From NCBI GenBank assembly GCA_951406725.2, contig OX597823.1, forward strand, positions 15,562,001-15,626,000: a stretch of DNA of 64,000 nucleotides, in the 5' to 3' direction. This DNA is from Octopus vulgaris (Eukaryota). This document shows, piece by piece, positions 11,993 through 24,996 of this stretch. Position 1 is the stretch's first letter. Every line of letters starts with the position of its first letter. The notes below the pieces were generated by a model. It made no database searches. It worked only from the letters and a program-made list of their open reading frames with translations, and was not told the origin of the DNA. Made by a program: the position numbers and the translations under genes.

Positions 11993-14203
11993 TACAATAC
12001 CTTATAATCTAAAGCTTAAACTAAAGAGAAACCATCATGTTACAAATTATTTTCAGGAAATGTTATGTCTCTTTTAAAATTCTAGCAAATAAAAATGGTT
12101 GGTTGTGCATGAATAATATTAGGAATGAGGATTAGAAGAAAGAATATACAAGATTACATCATTTTGCAATGTATATTTCTAATATTCAGTCTCATACATT
12201 CTGAAATATTTTATCTTAGACCATCATCAGAAGTCTTTCAAACTAGGAACTTGTGAATTTCTTTAGAATTTTTGAAATGAAGAATTATCAGTATTATTAT
12301 ATACTGGAAATAGTAGTTAGGGTGGAGGAGGTAAATGGAAGAGGGGTACATAGTGATGGATGGAGATCAGAAGTAGAGAGAGAGAGAGAGAAGAAAGGTG
12401 TGAAGAAGGATGGAGGGTACCAATGGCCAATATAAAAGAGGTGTTCAATAGAAACAACAGAGATAAGGGATGATATTCAGAATGTTAGGTAGGTGACAAG
12501 GGGAAGTCGTTCCAAGGAGGTGGGAAACAAGTAGCACAAAAGCAGGGGGGAGAAATACGTGCACCCCTAATCTCATGTAATTACAGCAGCTGAGTAAACA
12601 GTGGTGTAGTTAGAAGAGTAACGGAGGGATGGGTGTTGGGAAGACGAACTGTGGGGACAGCTTAACAGGGATGAATTTAGTTCAGGGACAAAGTTTTGAG
12701 GAGCTCATTTTTACTGAGGATAGGTCTTCTTAAAGAAGACACAAAGTGAAGATGATGCATACATTGAGAAATGTAAAAGGGAATACTCAATACATGTAGC
12801 ATGGCTTATCTATCAGTATAAAGTTGATGATTCATCCTGTTACCACTCAGAGTTTTAAGCTTGTGATCATTCGAGTAGCATAGAATCATAGAATTTCATA
12901 CAGTTTTAACAATTACATACAAACAAGGAATTCTTGAGTAGCAGAGTGAAGCATCAGCTTTATACAAACATACACACAATTTTGAAGAGATCAGACTTTT
13001 CCTAATAACAAAATTAGCTCAGACCAGTCATACTGTTAAAAAGAGTTAATGATGATCTTTGTAGTCTAAAAAGAATTCATGGAATGAATCTCTTGAACAA
13101 TACCAGAACATGGTTGGCTGAATCAGGAAAGTACAAGACAAGACAACAAACAAACAAGTTAGTGGTTCATATCTTCATGCTTAGTTGTGAGAAGAGAAAA
13201 CACATTATTGTCAAATGGCAGAGTCAATCTAACAATAAAAAGATACAGCAGAATAGGAAACATTAGCTTGCTGAGCCAGGTTCAATTCAAAGAAGCCTAT
13301 CCAGGGGAAGATTTATTTCTTCAGCTTAACACCAAGGAAACTAGAGACGATGCACCTGATCTGGACTCCCTTTCAATTGAACGACTAGAGGAAGATAATA
13401 GCTTGCAAATAGTTGAAAACTGTGAACCTGCTGTGACACCTTTATGACTGACATAATCTAAGAACTGAAGCCATTATAATTCATCCAATCAAAATCCTTA
13501 AAAAAAATAAATAAATAACTTAAGCTGGCATTAATGATTCAGCAATAAATCTAGTTAGTTTAAGATGATATTGAGCAGAACTTTAATTTATCCAGATAAT
13601 TTTTCACAATTATAAGCTTAAACACAATCATAGGCTTAAGTGGCTTAAGCATTTTAGATCCATTATGGAGTCAACTACAATCTTTTACTGCAACTTTACA
13701 ATAGTAAATAATTAGTAACAGAGATAAGACTACAGGAAAGTACAGCATAGCTTTGTTAGAAATAAGGAAAAGTTTCATACTGGTGTTTTTTTTTTCTGAA
13801 ACTGAGGAGCAGAAGTAATGATTATAAAGCCTTTATATGACCTGTTAGATTGAGGGGTACAGATAACCAGGTGGGTTTACAGTGGTTAACATTCAATTTG
13901 ATTTATTTAAGATTAAATGGCCACAATGTATACAGTAGCAAGAAGAGTATTGTAAGGTATTAAATTTGATACTAAGTATCTTTCATTCCATATAATAAGA
14001 GACTTGGTATTTCATTGTCAGTTTGTAGTCCTCCCCTTCAGATGCGTCAATCTAGGTATGGGCACATCAGGTTACCTTGGAGTGTATACACCTATTTGTC
14101 TACAGCAAGAAGTTTTCTCCACGACAAAAATACAGTGAATGGCTTTCTTATGGGTTCAAATATGTCTCAAGTATATTTGAACTGATTACAAATTTATAAG
14201 TAA

Positions 14204-14601
14204 CTAGCAGTATCGCCCGGCGTTGCTCGGGTTTGTAAGGGAAATAACTATATAAGCATTTTTAGAGATGTAAAGTATAATAGCCATCTCAATATGGCTA
14301 ACCACAAAGGGGGGGGGGTTACTGTAGCTTTTTACATTCTGAGATTTAATAATAAATTTTTAGAGAGTTACTTCCCTTATATATGACAAAAAATGCATTA
14401 AAAATGGGGAAAATTGATGGTAATTTTTTTTTTTAAATATAGACTCGTCATAGACGCACGCTAATACCCAGAAGAGCTCGATATGAATCACGACTATAAG
14501 ATACCCGGTTTTGGTTAAACTGCACCGCAAAATGTGGGAGTAGTTAAGAATCTAAATCGTAGGAGACAGACAGCACACAACCTCACTTTTATATATAAAG
14601 A
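14204..14601 (-). mobile_element. Non-autonomous Helitron, subfamily 1
   Basis: Minus strand A^TCTTTATATATAAAAG ... hairpin cccgagcaacgccggg-cgatactgCTAG^T; no TSD; near-identical copy at 22180. Confidence 0.88.
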
Positions 14602-15284
14602 TATTTTAGTAAAATACCCCTTTGCAAAGTGTTGTTAAGTTATATAATAAGAATAATATATTAGAATTTTCTTTTAGGTTTTCACTGGTTATATTTGACA
14701 ATGTAATGTAAACTGGAAAACAAATTGTTTTTAACAACTAATATTAAATAGATAAAAACTGAACTGCCTTCACTATTAATTTCAGAATCAACAAAACAGT
14801 CACTTTTATTATGAGTAGCTAGACTTATATGTCCAACATCAGCATGTGAAAAGAAAACTACTTCAGTGAATATGATTAAGCTATACACTCAAACTCTTGA
14901 TTAATATCTTTGCCATCAAACAACTGCTAACCAAAGATGTAGTCATTCGACGTGCTACAAATAGCTACCAAATCTCTCGTAGATCACACCCTGCCATCTT
15001 AAAATTAGGACATATTAAATAATGCACTACTGGGTATCTCTTCAAAAAAAAAAAAATACAAGATAGTCACAGATGAAATCTTCTGACCACATGTCTAGTG
15101 GATCAGAGTTGACCTGAAACTGAACAAAACCTGTTAATCCTATAATGCCAAAATTATTTATATGCACTAAAAATGCTATTTATAGATCCTTTTCAGTTTA
15201 TTTAAGAGCAAGTAGTATAATTCACTGAAAAATGTTTAATTTTCTTACATACAGACAGACACATACAAATATCATTTTACATTT

Positions 15285-15548
15285 TTTACGTGCAGGTGGC
15301 ATGTAAAAAATACCATTTGAGCGTGGCCGTTGCCAGTACCGCCTGACTCGCCCTCATACCGGTGGTACGTAAAAATTATCCACTACACTTGTGGAGTGGT
15401 TGGTGTTAGGAAGGGCATCCAGCTGTAGAAACTCTGCCAGATCAAGATTGGAGCCTAGTGCAGCCATCTGGTTCGCCAGTCCTCAGTCAAATCATCCAAC
15501 CCATGCTAGCATGGAAAGCAGACATTAAATGATGATGATGATGATGAT
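15285..15548 (+). mobile_element. Family A retroposon 3' end
   Basis: ggtggcatgtaaaaa modules, aggaagggcatccagctgtagaaac, ccatgctagcatgg, (GAT)n tail. Confidence 0.85.
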
Positions 15549-16040
15549 CCACATCTTTTGCTGACATGGGTTAGGCAGGCTGCACGGTCAAAGTCAATAT
15601 TTATTTGAGAGTGCTGTTTACCAAAACAGCATCAAAGGACCATATCTCTCTCATGAATTTCATTGCTGGCTTAGTTTCTATAGCCACACCCCCTACCCAC
15701 CCCACCTTCCTAACAACAACCATTTTACAGAGTGTACTGAGTGCATTTGTGTGTGTTTTCTTGTGGCACCAACACTAAAGAGGTAGCCTTGTCACAGCCA
15801 AGAGTTATTGGTAACATAATCTAATACCTGCTCTATAGTCAGTTTACTGACAATGAAACCTTTCACCCCTCAATATTGCTGGCCTTGTGCCTAAATAAGA
15901 AACATTATTATATTATTAGACGCATTGGTTAAACTATTTCCTTGGTTATTCATGCGTATGTGTTAACTTTTGTGGGGGAGGGAGTGCTTTGCATCAGTAT
16001 TAGCACAGTTTTCTTGGTGATAGTCAAGTTAGTTAATGCA

Positions 16041-16190
16041 CATCATCATCATCGTTTAACGTCCGCTTTCCAAGCTGGCATGGATTGGACGGTTTGACTG
16101 AGGACTGGTGAGCCAGAGGCTGCACCAGGCTCAATCTGATCTGGCAAAGTTTCTACAGTTGGATGCCCTTCCTAACACCAACCACTCCAA
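16041..16190 (-). mobile_element. Family A retroposon 3' end, short
   Basis: (CAT)n tail plus about 130 bp of family A. Confidence 0.8.
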
Positions 16191-16747
16191 AGGATCTTAA
16201 TTGACAGAAAAAATAAAAAAGACAAGGATGAAATAAACTATAAACCAAATTTGAGAAAATATTCTGACCTACACATACATGACCCACCCTAGTAAGAATC
16301 AACATCAAGGATGGGGAAAAAATTTTCTACAGTTTTTCTTTCCTAAAACCTTCCTTTTAACTCATTATGTAGACAATTAATTTAGGTGTTTTCAAAGAAT
16401 GACCAAGGTTTCAAGTAAACTATAGTCCCAAAATCTCAATACTACCACAGCCTGTAAAATGTATTCAGAAACATGAAAGTTGGCTATCAACTGCAGCACA
16501 ACTTTTCACTCTTCAAACTGAAATGTGATAATCCACAATTAAAATTAAATTTTTAACTATTCGTTTAACCTTGCTGCAGCCAGTTTTAAATTCAAATTCA
16601 ATTAAACTGTGACCAAAACTTATTTTATCAGAACCTTTATCAAAGATCATGAAACAAGTATTATTTTCAATCTGATACCCAAAACTTTATAAATATCAGA
16701 AAGCAAACAGTAGATAACAAGCTTATGATTACAATAATTATCGTTAG

Positions 16748-17410
16748 TTGGCAAGGCTGTGAGCCAGCAGGATTATTAGTGCATTGGACAAAATCGTTAG
16801 CAGCATTTCTTCCAGCTCTTTATATTCTGTGTTCAAATACTGCCAAGATCAACTTAACCTTCATCTTTTCAGGGTCAATAAAATGAAGTACCAGTCATGT
16901 AATCACCTTGGCCACTCCCCTCAAAGATGGTCTTTTGCCAAAATGTGAAGCCATTACTGTGTATTGACAGAATTGCAAAACCATTAGAAAAATGCAACGC
17001 AGTATATCTTCCAGCACCTCACATTTTGAGTTCAAATTTTGCAGAGGTCAACTTGCTTTCAATACTTTCAGGGTTGATAAAACAAAGTACTAGTCAAGTA
17101 CTAGGGTCAAAGGTATCAACAAACCATTTCCCTTAAAAATTGCTGGCCTTGTGTCTAAATCAGAAACCCTTATTATTATTATATATTATTTCTCAAAGGC
17201 AGCAAGCTGGCAGAAACGTTAGCATGCTGGACGAAATGCTTCGCGGTATTTCATCTGTCTTTACGTTCTGAGCTCAAATTCTGCCGAGGTCGACTTTGCT
17301 TTTCATCCTTTTGGGATCAATAAATTAAGTACCAGTTGCATTCTGGGGTCAATCTAATCAACTGGCCCCCTCCCCCAAAATTTCAGGCCTTGTGCCTAGA
17401 GGACAAACAA
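16748..17410 (+). mobile_element. Cluster of three family B-related SINEs (two old, one younger)
   Basis: Repeated ttcaaat...gaggtc(a/g)actt...ttcatc...ataaa...gtaccag blocks starting near 16750, 16965 and 17198. Confidence 0.7.
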
Positions 17411-17464
17411 AAAAGAAAAAGTATATTTTACTTCTCAGAGTTCTCGATCTTACTAGCTCTGGTT

Positions 17465-17712
17465 AATTCTGTGGGAGCACACAGCAACCTGTTGTCAAAG
17501 GTCTTACAAGGTCTCTTTCCATGAATTATAAGACTTAATATCTAGATGCTAAGTATTGTGGAAGATACTTAACACTCAAGTACCCATATATCGATTCCAA
17601 TTTTTCTGACATATTTACTGAACTTGGTTGTTAGTGCTTCATGTGCCCCTACAACTACAGAGATGATAGTTACTTTCTTCATTGCCACATTCTTCCAATT
17701 TTGTCTTTTAGT
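17465..17712 (-). mobile_element. R4/Dong-clade non-LTR retrotransposon 3' fragment
   Basis: Minus strand LLKDKIGRMW/MKKVTIISVVVGAHEALTTKFSKYVRKIGI resembles the C-terminus of the restriction-like endonuclease region and parallels the 19895 fragment. Confidence 0.6.
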
Positions 17713-17747
17713 AACTTGTTATTATTGTTATTATTATTATTATTATT

Positions 17748-18186
17748 GAGTGAGAGAGTAGTGCATGCCATCAAAGTGACACTGGGGTAAAATATACAAA
17801 GCCTAATATAACCATCATGACTACTCATCTGATAGGGATACACCAGACACATGCATCATGACCACATGTGTGTGATATGGTGATCTCACACCAAGATAAA
17901 CAGCACATGACCTAGCAGGTGGGGCCCAGTTAGAATTTTCTTCAGGTCGAATAGCCCATCCCGCTCAAAAGGATGTTGAACGAAACTCCCATGTTTCCAG
18001 AGGTGAATTATTCAAACCCCAAAGAATTTCTCTCAACACATGGCTACGATGCTCCCCAACTACTTCTGCTCGTGATCAGAGATGCACATATCGTCAACTA
18101 CTAAGGGACATGCTCAACTGGTTACGGTCAAACAACTGACAAACAAATCTGTGGTATTGAGCAGAAATATTTGCTGTAGCCCATCT
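17748..18186. mobile_element. Non-coding ~440-bp element embedded in a (TAA/TTA)n microsatellite
   Basis: Higher-GC block with (tta)n arrays immediately on both sides; no ORF or TIR seen. Confidence 0.55.
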
Positions 18187-19894
18187 TTATTATTATTATT
18201 ATTATTATTATTTTCAGTATCTTGACAGAGTTCAAAATGGCCATCATTTCTGAGATGACAGGGCGGGATTTAAGAAGTCAGGAAACTACATAGAAGTTCC
18301 CTGGTTAATGCCAAACACTTTACTGGTACTGCTAATATGTCCTTGAGAAAAGCATGAATGTCACAACTTTCTCATTTCATCCTTCCTCTATTAATATATA
18401 GTCCGCATGACTAGTGACAAAAACTGAAACATAAAACTCAACATTAACTCAGAAAATTATAACAGTTTTATTTCATTTTCACATCTTAATTAATAGAGTC
18501 GGTTGTTTCCAGATGGAAACGCAATAAAGCAGAGATATCTTTCAGTTATAAATGATGCAGTGTAATGTAATACAAATATTGATGAGAACTATCCACCGAC
18601 CATGAATATGTTCTAAGGCAGTTTTATAAAAGGAAAGGATGGGGAGGGGGGGAGTCAGTAGAAGAGTTATTTTAAGAGAGATCAATTATATAGCTACCAA
18701 AGAGAAATTGCTTGTAAAGTTTGAAACCATAAAAGCAACGGAACATATGCACACACATAACCACAGTCTCACACACAAACACGTAATGTTTATGATCCAT
18801 TAGATAATATTTAAATTAATAAAATGAAATTTATGAAATACACAAGAGCACACCAATACACAGTAGCAAAGATTAAACTTCTACTGTTCACAGAATAATG
18901 GGTAATTTAACAAAATCCTGAAGCAAAAACAACCAGTACAAGTAATTAACACAAAACTTGCAGCACAATGAAAATAATTTTTTTTTTTTTTGCTTGTTGT
19001 TTCCTCCCCACCTTACTTCAGACGTAAAACAATAGCATTTGTTTTGGATAGAAGAGTAAACTTGGTGTATTGATAGAAACGGGTCTAATTGTACTAACAA
19101 CCAGATGCCATGTAGATGACTATTAATAATGATGATAATACAAAGAGAAACGAAGGAAATTGGGTTAACTATGCTACAATTGAACTTTGTTACGTTTAAC
19201 TAGCAACTTAAACATTACTAATCAGCAAATGATAGGATAGAGGGATAAATAACCAGTAGACTTTTAGTATTGTATTTAGGTTTGCTATACGAATTAACTA
19301 ATTGCACAAACCAACAAAGAAACCTATATGCAGTCACTTAACCTACTGAAAACAGCAGCCAAATATCATCCCAAATCACAGACTATTTCTCAAAAGAGAA
19401 AGGACAACACAGTGAACTATGCATGTTTGGCATTTATGCATTTTCTGAGGGCATTACCAATGTCAGTAAAGATTTTTCAAACTTTTGCCACAATAAAGGG
19501 TTCATGGCCCTTCTAAGCTAAAAGTTGTCAAATCTTACAATACTGGTTGCATCATAAAAAAAGGAAGATATGTTGAACAAAATAGTCCTGGTAATACAAA
19601 AAAGAAAAACAAACAATACTGTAATAACTGGAACATATCTGACCATAGGTCTACTTGAACAAAGTTGACCAAGGGGCTAAACAACAACTGTCAGTTGTCA
19701 AAAGTTGATTTGTTGGGGATACTAAAATAATAAATAATGGTTTCAAATCCTGCCACAAGGGCAGCAATTTTGGGGAGGAGCTAAGTTGATTACATCGACC
19801 CCCTCCCCAGTACTCCACTTGTACTTGATTTATCAACCCCAAAAGGATGAAACAAAGTCGACCTCAGCAGAATTTGAACTCAGAACATAGTAAT

Positions 19895-20478
19895 GTGCTT
19901 GAAAATGATCACATCTCACTCCTCTGGAACTTCACCGTTCAAATTGACAGAAAGGTAGATGCAAATAGGTCAGACATTATATTGAAAGACTTCAGACAAA
20001 AATCATGCCTCCTCATTGATATGACTGTCCCAATTGACATAAATGTATCTGTCAAGACCTACCAAAAACTGAGGAAGTGTAAAGATCTTGAAATAGAAAT
20101 TGGCAAAATGTGAAACCTCATGACTAAAACAATACCTGTTGTCATAGGTGCCCTAGGAATGATAGCAAAAGGGGATGATTGCTACCTAGCTCATATACCA
20201 AGAAACCCCAAAATGACAGATATTCAAAGGATAGTGCTCATAGGAACTGCCCATATCCTACATAAAATACTGTCTATGTAATCTCAAATTTTAAAACAAA
20301 CTTATAATTTTCTTATGGTTTCTTAAACATTCTCTAGAACAATACAATGTGCAAAACCAAATATATGACACCCTAGGCATAACAGCAACTTGAACTTGTA
20401 ACTTGTCTCTTGAGGTTTCTGTGTGAGACTTGGAGCCAAATTGTACAACTACAAAGCAAAAGTCAAACATAGAATAAT
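19895..20478 (+). mobile_element. 5'-truncated R4/Dong-clade LINE (restriction-like endonuclease domain plus 3'UTR)
   Basis: VLENDHISLLWNFTVQIDRKVDANRSDIILKDFRQKSCLLIDMTVP...KLRKCKDLEIEIGKM*NLMTKTIPVVIGALG shows the (P)D..D/K..KY RLE motifs; in-frame stop; ends near aataat. Abuts a minus-strand family B SINE fragment (19735-19890). Confidence 0.85.
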
Positions 20479-22179
20479 GAACTTGCGATTTCCAGCCTAT
20501 TTCGATTCATTAGTATATTTATCACATAAACTGATAATTCACTATACTCTAACAACAATAAATCTACAGAATGGAAAATTTCTATCCTGAGGGGTTTACT
20601 TGTGTATTAATATTGTTTTTGATAAAATGATGCAGCAGTTTAAAATCACTTTGAAAAAGTTTTAATGCCTTTGAAATTATTTTGTAAACATTTACTCTTA
20701 GGAAGATTGGTCAATGACTAATAAAAAAAAATGTTTAATGCATTCAATAATGTAAGTCTTCTAGATAATTTTGTAAAGAAATCAGAATTTTAAATTGTGT
20801 AAATAAAAAGGTACCCAGGAGATTATGTGAGAGAGAGAGAGAGAGAGAGAATAGTTTCAAAAAGATATGCTCAAATCTTTCTACAGTCCTGTACTACACA
20901 CCTGAACAAAAACACAAGTCTGTTTTCTCTAGTCTGCTTGACTGACAAAAATAACAAATTCCACTCCCACTTAACAGTTAAACGTATGCCTCAGATTAAG
21001 AAAAGTAAAGCATTTGTTACACTTGGGTGATGTAAAAAAAAAAAAAGTCTGTTAAAAAAGAATTGTTTAGCAATTCTACTTGTTTGACAAGTGACTTGAT
21101 CTTCATAAGGTCAATATCCAATTTTAAAATATACCACAAGTAATTTTATTTCCAGTTATAACCGTGATATACCAAATCAGGAAAAACAAAAATAAAATCT
21201 GTATTTTTAAAGAAGTCTAACAGTAGTCTTCTAATTTTAAAAATTCTGTGCATTTTTCTTAAATTATAACCAATCCAAACAGGTACACAGTATACTTCTA
21301 TTATAAAACATTGCCTCCAGCTAACATGAAAATAAAAACAAACTGGTTTCATTATCAAAGCTAAAATCTTATTGCAGCTGAAACTAAATCATGTAAGAAA
21401 ATAACTGGGGGCAAAATAATTTACTCAGAACAAAAGACAGGGTCATAGGTGCTGATTAGTATTGTATCAATGGTAGGGTTGTATGTGTTTAGGAAATGTG
21501 GTACTGAATGGTAATGTTCTTAACACGAATAGAACTGCATGTACATCATGCTTGTATTTAGCTGAATATAACAAATATTTTATGTTATTGATGTTATCCC
21601 ATTTACTGTTTAGCAAGGTTTTGAGTGAGATTAAAAAAGACCAGATATTGCCTGAGAAGTGTTTGTACTTAAGAAATAATAACATTGTCTAATAAGTGTG
21701 GTTTGTGGCTTGACAAAGTATATGATACTAATAGTAGATCTAATAGTTGTTCAAGTTGTTAGTGATCCACAAATTAAAGTTTCTGTTTTAAATTTTCATC
21801 ATGCAACCAACAAGTATTTCATTTCTGGTATACTAAATCCATGACTCAATTATCTGGTATATTCAACCATTTTTAGGACAGCAAGGTGAAATATGAAGAT
21901 TTGGATGTTATCTCTAACTAACAGGTAGAAACATAGAAGTTCTCTTAGTTCATTTGCTTATACCAGGTTAGCTTACATTGAGCAAAGCATATGCTCAAAA
22001 GCATTCTAACCATGGCTACACCATGAGACATTAACTAAAGAAACAGACTGAGATGACCTGAGAAAAAGCACTAAAAACTTTAGATGAAGCATGTTAAATA
22101 TGTACAAAATCTCTCCTGAAAATGGAAAACACCATATCCATGTTGTGTCAGTAAAGTGAACTCATCGTTACATACTTAA

Positions 22180-22566
22180 CTAGCAGTATCGCGCGGGGTT
22201 TGTAAGGGAAATTACTATATAAGCATTTTTAGAGATGTAAAGTATAATAGCCATCTCAATATGGCTAACCACAAAGGGGGGGGGTTACTGTAGCTTTTTA
22301 CGTTCTGAGATTTAATAATAAATTTTTAGAGAGTTACTTCCCTTATATATGCCAAAAATGAATTAAAAATGGGGAAAATTGATGGTAAATTTTTTTTTTA
22401 ATCGTAGACTCATCGTAGACGCGTGCTAATACCCAGAAGGGCTCGATATGAATCACGACTATAAGATACCCGGTTTTGGTTAAACTGCACCACAAAATGT
22501 GGGAGTAGTTAGGAATCTAAATCATAGGAGACAGACAGCACACAACCTCACTTTTATATATAAAGA
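22180..22566 (-). mobile_element. Non-autonomous Helitron, subfamily 1
   Basis: Same TC/CTAG termini and interior as 14204-14601; the 3' hairpin is partly deleted. Confidence 0.88.
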
Positions 22567-23614
22567 TAACTGAATTGAGCTGACTCTTTTCAATAATCAG
22601 TGATTGGCATGATACTATAATGATTTGTAAAGTAGACACAAGGCCTTAAATTTTGGGGGAGAAGTCTAAGTCTTCTCATTTATGTCAACAGTACTTGATC
22701 TACAGTTTATTTTATCAACCTTAGAAGAATTTGAAATCAAAATATAAAGGGTTGTTACACTTTGTGAAGTGAATCCAGACTCAGTTTCTGGTAACTAACA
22801 GTACTAATATATGAATTTTGGAAATGGAGGTACAAAATTACTTCAGCAGGATAAATAGATAACCCATTATAATTCCTACATATACCCCACAGTGGAGTAT
22901 TGCTACTATATCTAGGAAGATGAACTATAAGAATGCAGCCAAAGAAAAAGTAATTCAAACACAGTCAACTTGATTAGTACATTGATAACTGCACCAAGAC
23001 AATATAATTCCCTTGTTCACACATTGCTTTGAAAGACCACTACAAAACTTAATTTCTTTTTGTTTCTACCATTACTACATTAGCTGATATAGCAGTGAGT
23101 ATGATTCGGTTATGCCAGCCAGTTTCAATACCCTGCTCTCTTCCACAAACGTACGCAATAAAACTCAGTACACTCTGCAAAATTGGTTCTAGAAATCATC
23201 CAGTAATAAAAGCCAAACTAAATTTGAAACTTTGAATGAGATGTGATCCTCCATCAGTCTACAGAAACAACCCAACCACTCAGGCCAGCATAAAAAACAG
23301 GTGGTGGTCTTTATGATGATGATGATGATGATGACAGTGACAAGGATATATCAAATACGCCTCTCTAATCCAAATATGGATTTCTAAACTAGACACACAA
23401 GTCTAAGATGTTTTGAAAGAGGAAATGGTACAATAAAATGTTCATGCTTTTCTTAAAGGCATCTGAATTAGAATGAGTGTGGAATTATCCACTTAAATCT
23501 TACAACTGCAGACCATGTGTTGCAGGCCTAAAACGTTCATAATTACTTGCTCATGTTCACCTGACTGACAAACGAACAGGCTCTTCCTTCAACAAAAGCC
23601 ATTCCATTTACACA

Positions 23615-23878
23615 CATCATCATCATCGTTTAACGTCCGTTCTCCATGCTGGCATGGGTTGGATGGTTCGACCGGGGATCTGGGAAGCCAGAAGGCTGCA
23701 CCAGGCTCCAGTCTGATCTGGAAGTGTTTCTATGGCTGGATGCCCTTCCTAATGCCAACCATTCCATGAGTGTAGTAGGTGCTTTTTACGTGCCACCGGC
23801 ACAGGTGCCAGGCTAGGCTGGCAATGGCCACGATTGAATTGGTGCTTTTTACGTGCCACCAGCACGGAAGCCAGTCAA
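23615..23878 (-). mobile_element. Family A retroposon 3' end
   Basis: (CAT)n tail, family A body, two internal modules. Confidence 0.85.
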
Positions 23879-24165
23879 AAAAAAAAAAAAATTATGTAAC
23901 ATAGTGAGCTGTAAATAATTAACTAAGATTAGGAATGTAATTAATAGACAAAATTTCACTGTAGCTGTGTTTAAAATTCAGAAACAACAAAGAATGGAGA
24001 TAACTTCATTAAGATAACTAAACTGAAATGTCTAGACAATATAGATAATGCAGACTGGTATGGATTTGATCTTTCAACCTTTCCTGATCGCATATCTGAT
24101 GAAATACACTAGCTATATGCTTCAATAAATTTCCAAAATCAATCAATAGTTTAAAAGGAGTTTAA

Positions 24166-24385
24166 CCCTTTAATGTTTAAACCGGCCATACCAGGCCAAA
24201 ATTGTCTTCCTGTTTTATGCTCAAACCAGCCAGCTCTGACCTGTCACACCTACCCTACAAAGTCATTCTAAAAACAAAAAGGGACATTATCAAAATCTCA
24301 GAGTTACAAAATGCTGTACAATTAATTTAAAACAATGTGATTAAACAGGCTTTACATTTGACAGAGTAATCTGAATGCTAAAGGG
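24166..24385. mobile_element. MITE family M2 (220 bp)
   Basis: TTAA-cccttta ... taaaggg-TTAA. Confidence 0.85.
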
Positions 24386-24409
24386 TTAATAAAATAACCT
24401 TTTTATCTT

Positions 24410-24620
24410 ATAGAGGGTCTTTCTCCGTCTGGGTTGTGGATCCGTGGAATAAGCTGCCGGACAAGATAGTGAAGATGCCGACGACTGCTCGGTTCAAAGT
24501 CTCTCTTGACCAGAAATGGCCTGAACTCTTTATATGAACACTTTCCCTGTACATAACTCCATGTCCCCCTACATGGCCTTGCTTTTGCTTTTTGAGCCAA
24601 AAAAATTAAATTAAATTAAA
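24410..24620 (+). mobile_element. CR1/L2-type LINE 3' end
   Basis: RGSFSVWVVDPWNKLPDKIVKMPTTARFKVSLDQKWPELFI* matches the FS.RVV..WN.LP..V......FK..LD end of CR1 ORF2; short 3'UTR and (aaatt)n tail. Confidence 0.8.
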
Positions 24621-24868
24621 TCAAAAATTAAATTATGTTGTTGTAAGGGACACTGGCAATACATATTTGCATAAAATTATGATAGCAGATTCAAGCTTAT
24701 GTAAGAACACTTTAAAAAAAGACAGTTTTGTATCATAGAACCAGAGGTAGTCTTAGGCTGGTGGTTGGTATTGAAAGGTTTAAAATAGGTAACTGGGGAA
24801 AGCAACTCACAGGTTTCAATCATATTTGATTCCCAGCAAAGCATCGAGGGAATGCAGTGGCACTGATT

Positions 24869-24996
24869 ATGGATATCTACTTCAGGCAATTTCTTCTGCA
24901 CACTAAATATGGCAGGGTTTTGCGTATGATTAATGGATATCTACTTCAGGCAATTTCTTCTGCACACTAAATATGGCAGGGTTTTGCGTATGATTA
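24869..24996. repeat. Perfect 64-bp tandem duplication
   Basis: atggatatctacttcaggc...gcgtatgatta at 24869-24932 and 24933-24996. Confidence 0.95.

Noticed and set aside
19017-19119. Possible 103-nt cassette exon (aatag|...GAA|gtaagg)
   Set aside because: Stop codon in the entry frame and no ATG in the exit frame; indistinguishable from a chance pseudo-exon.
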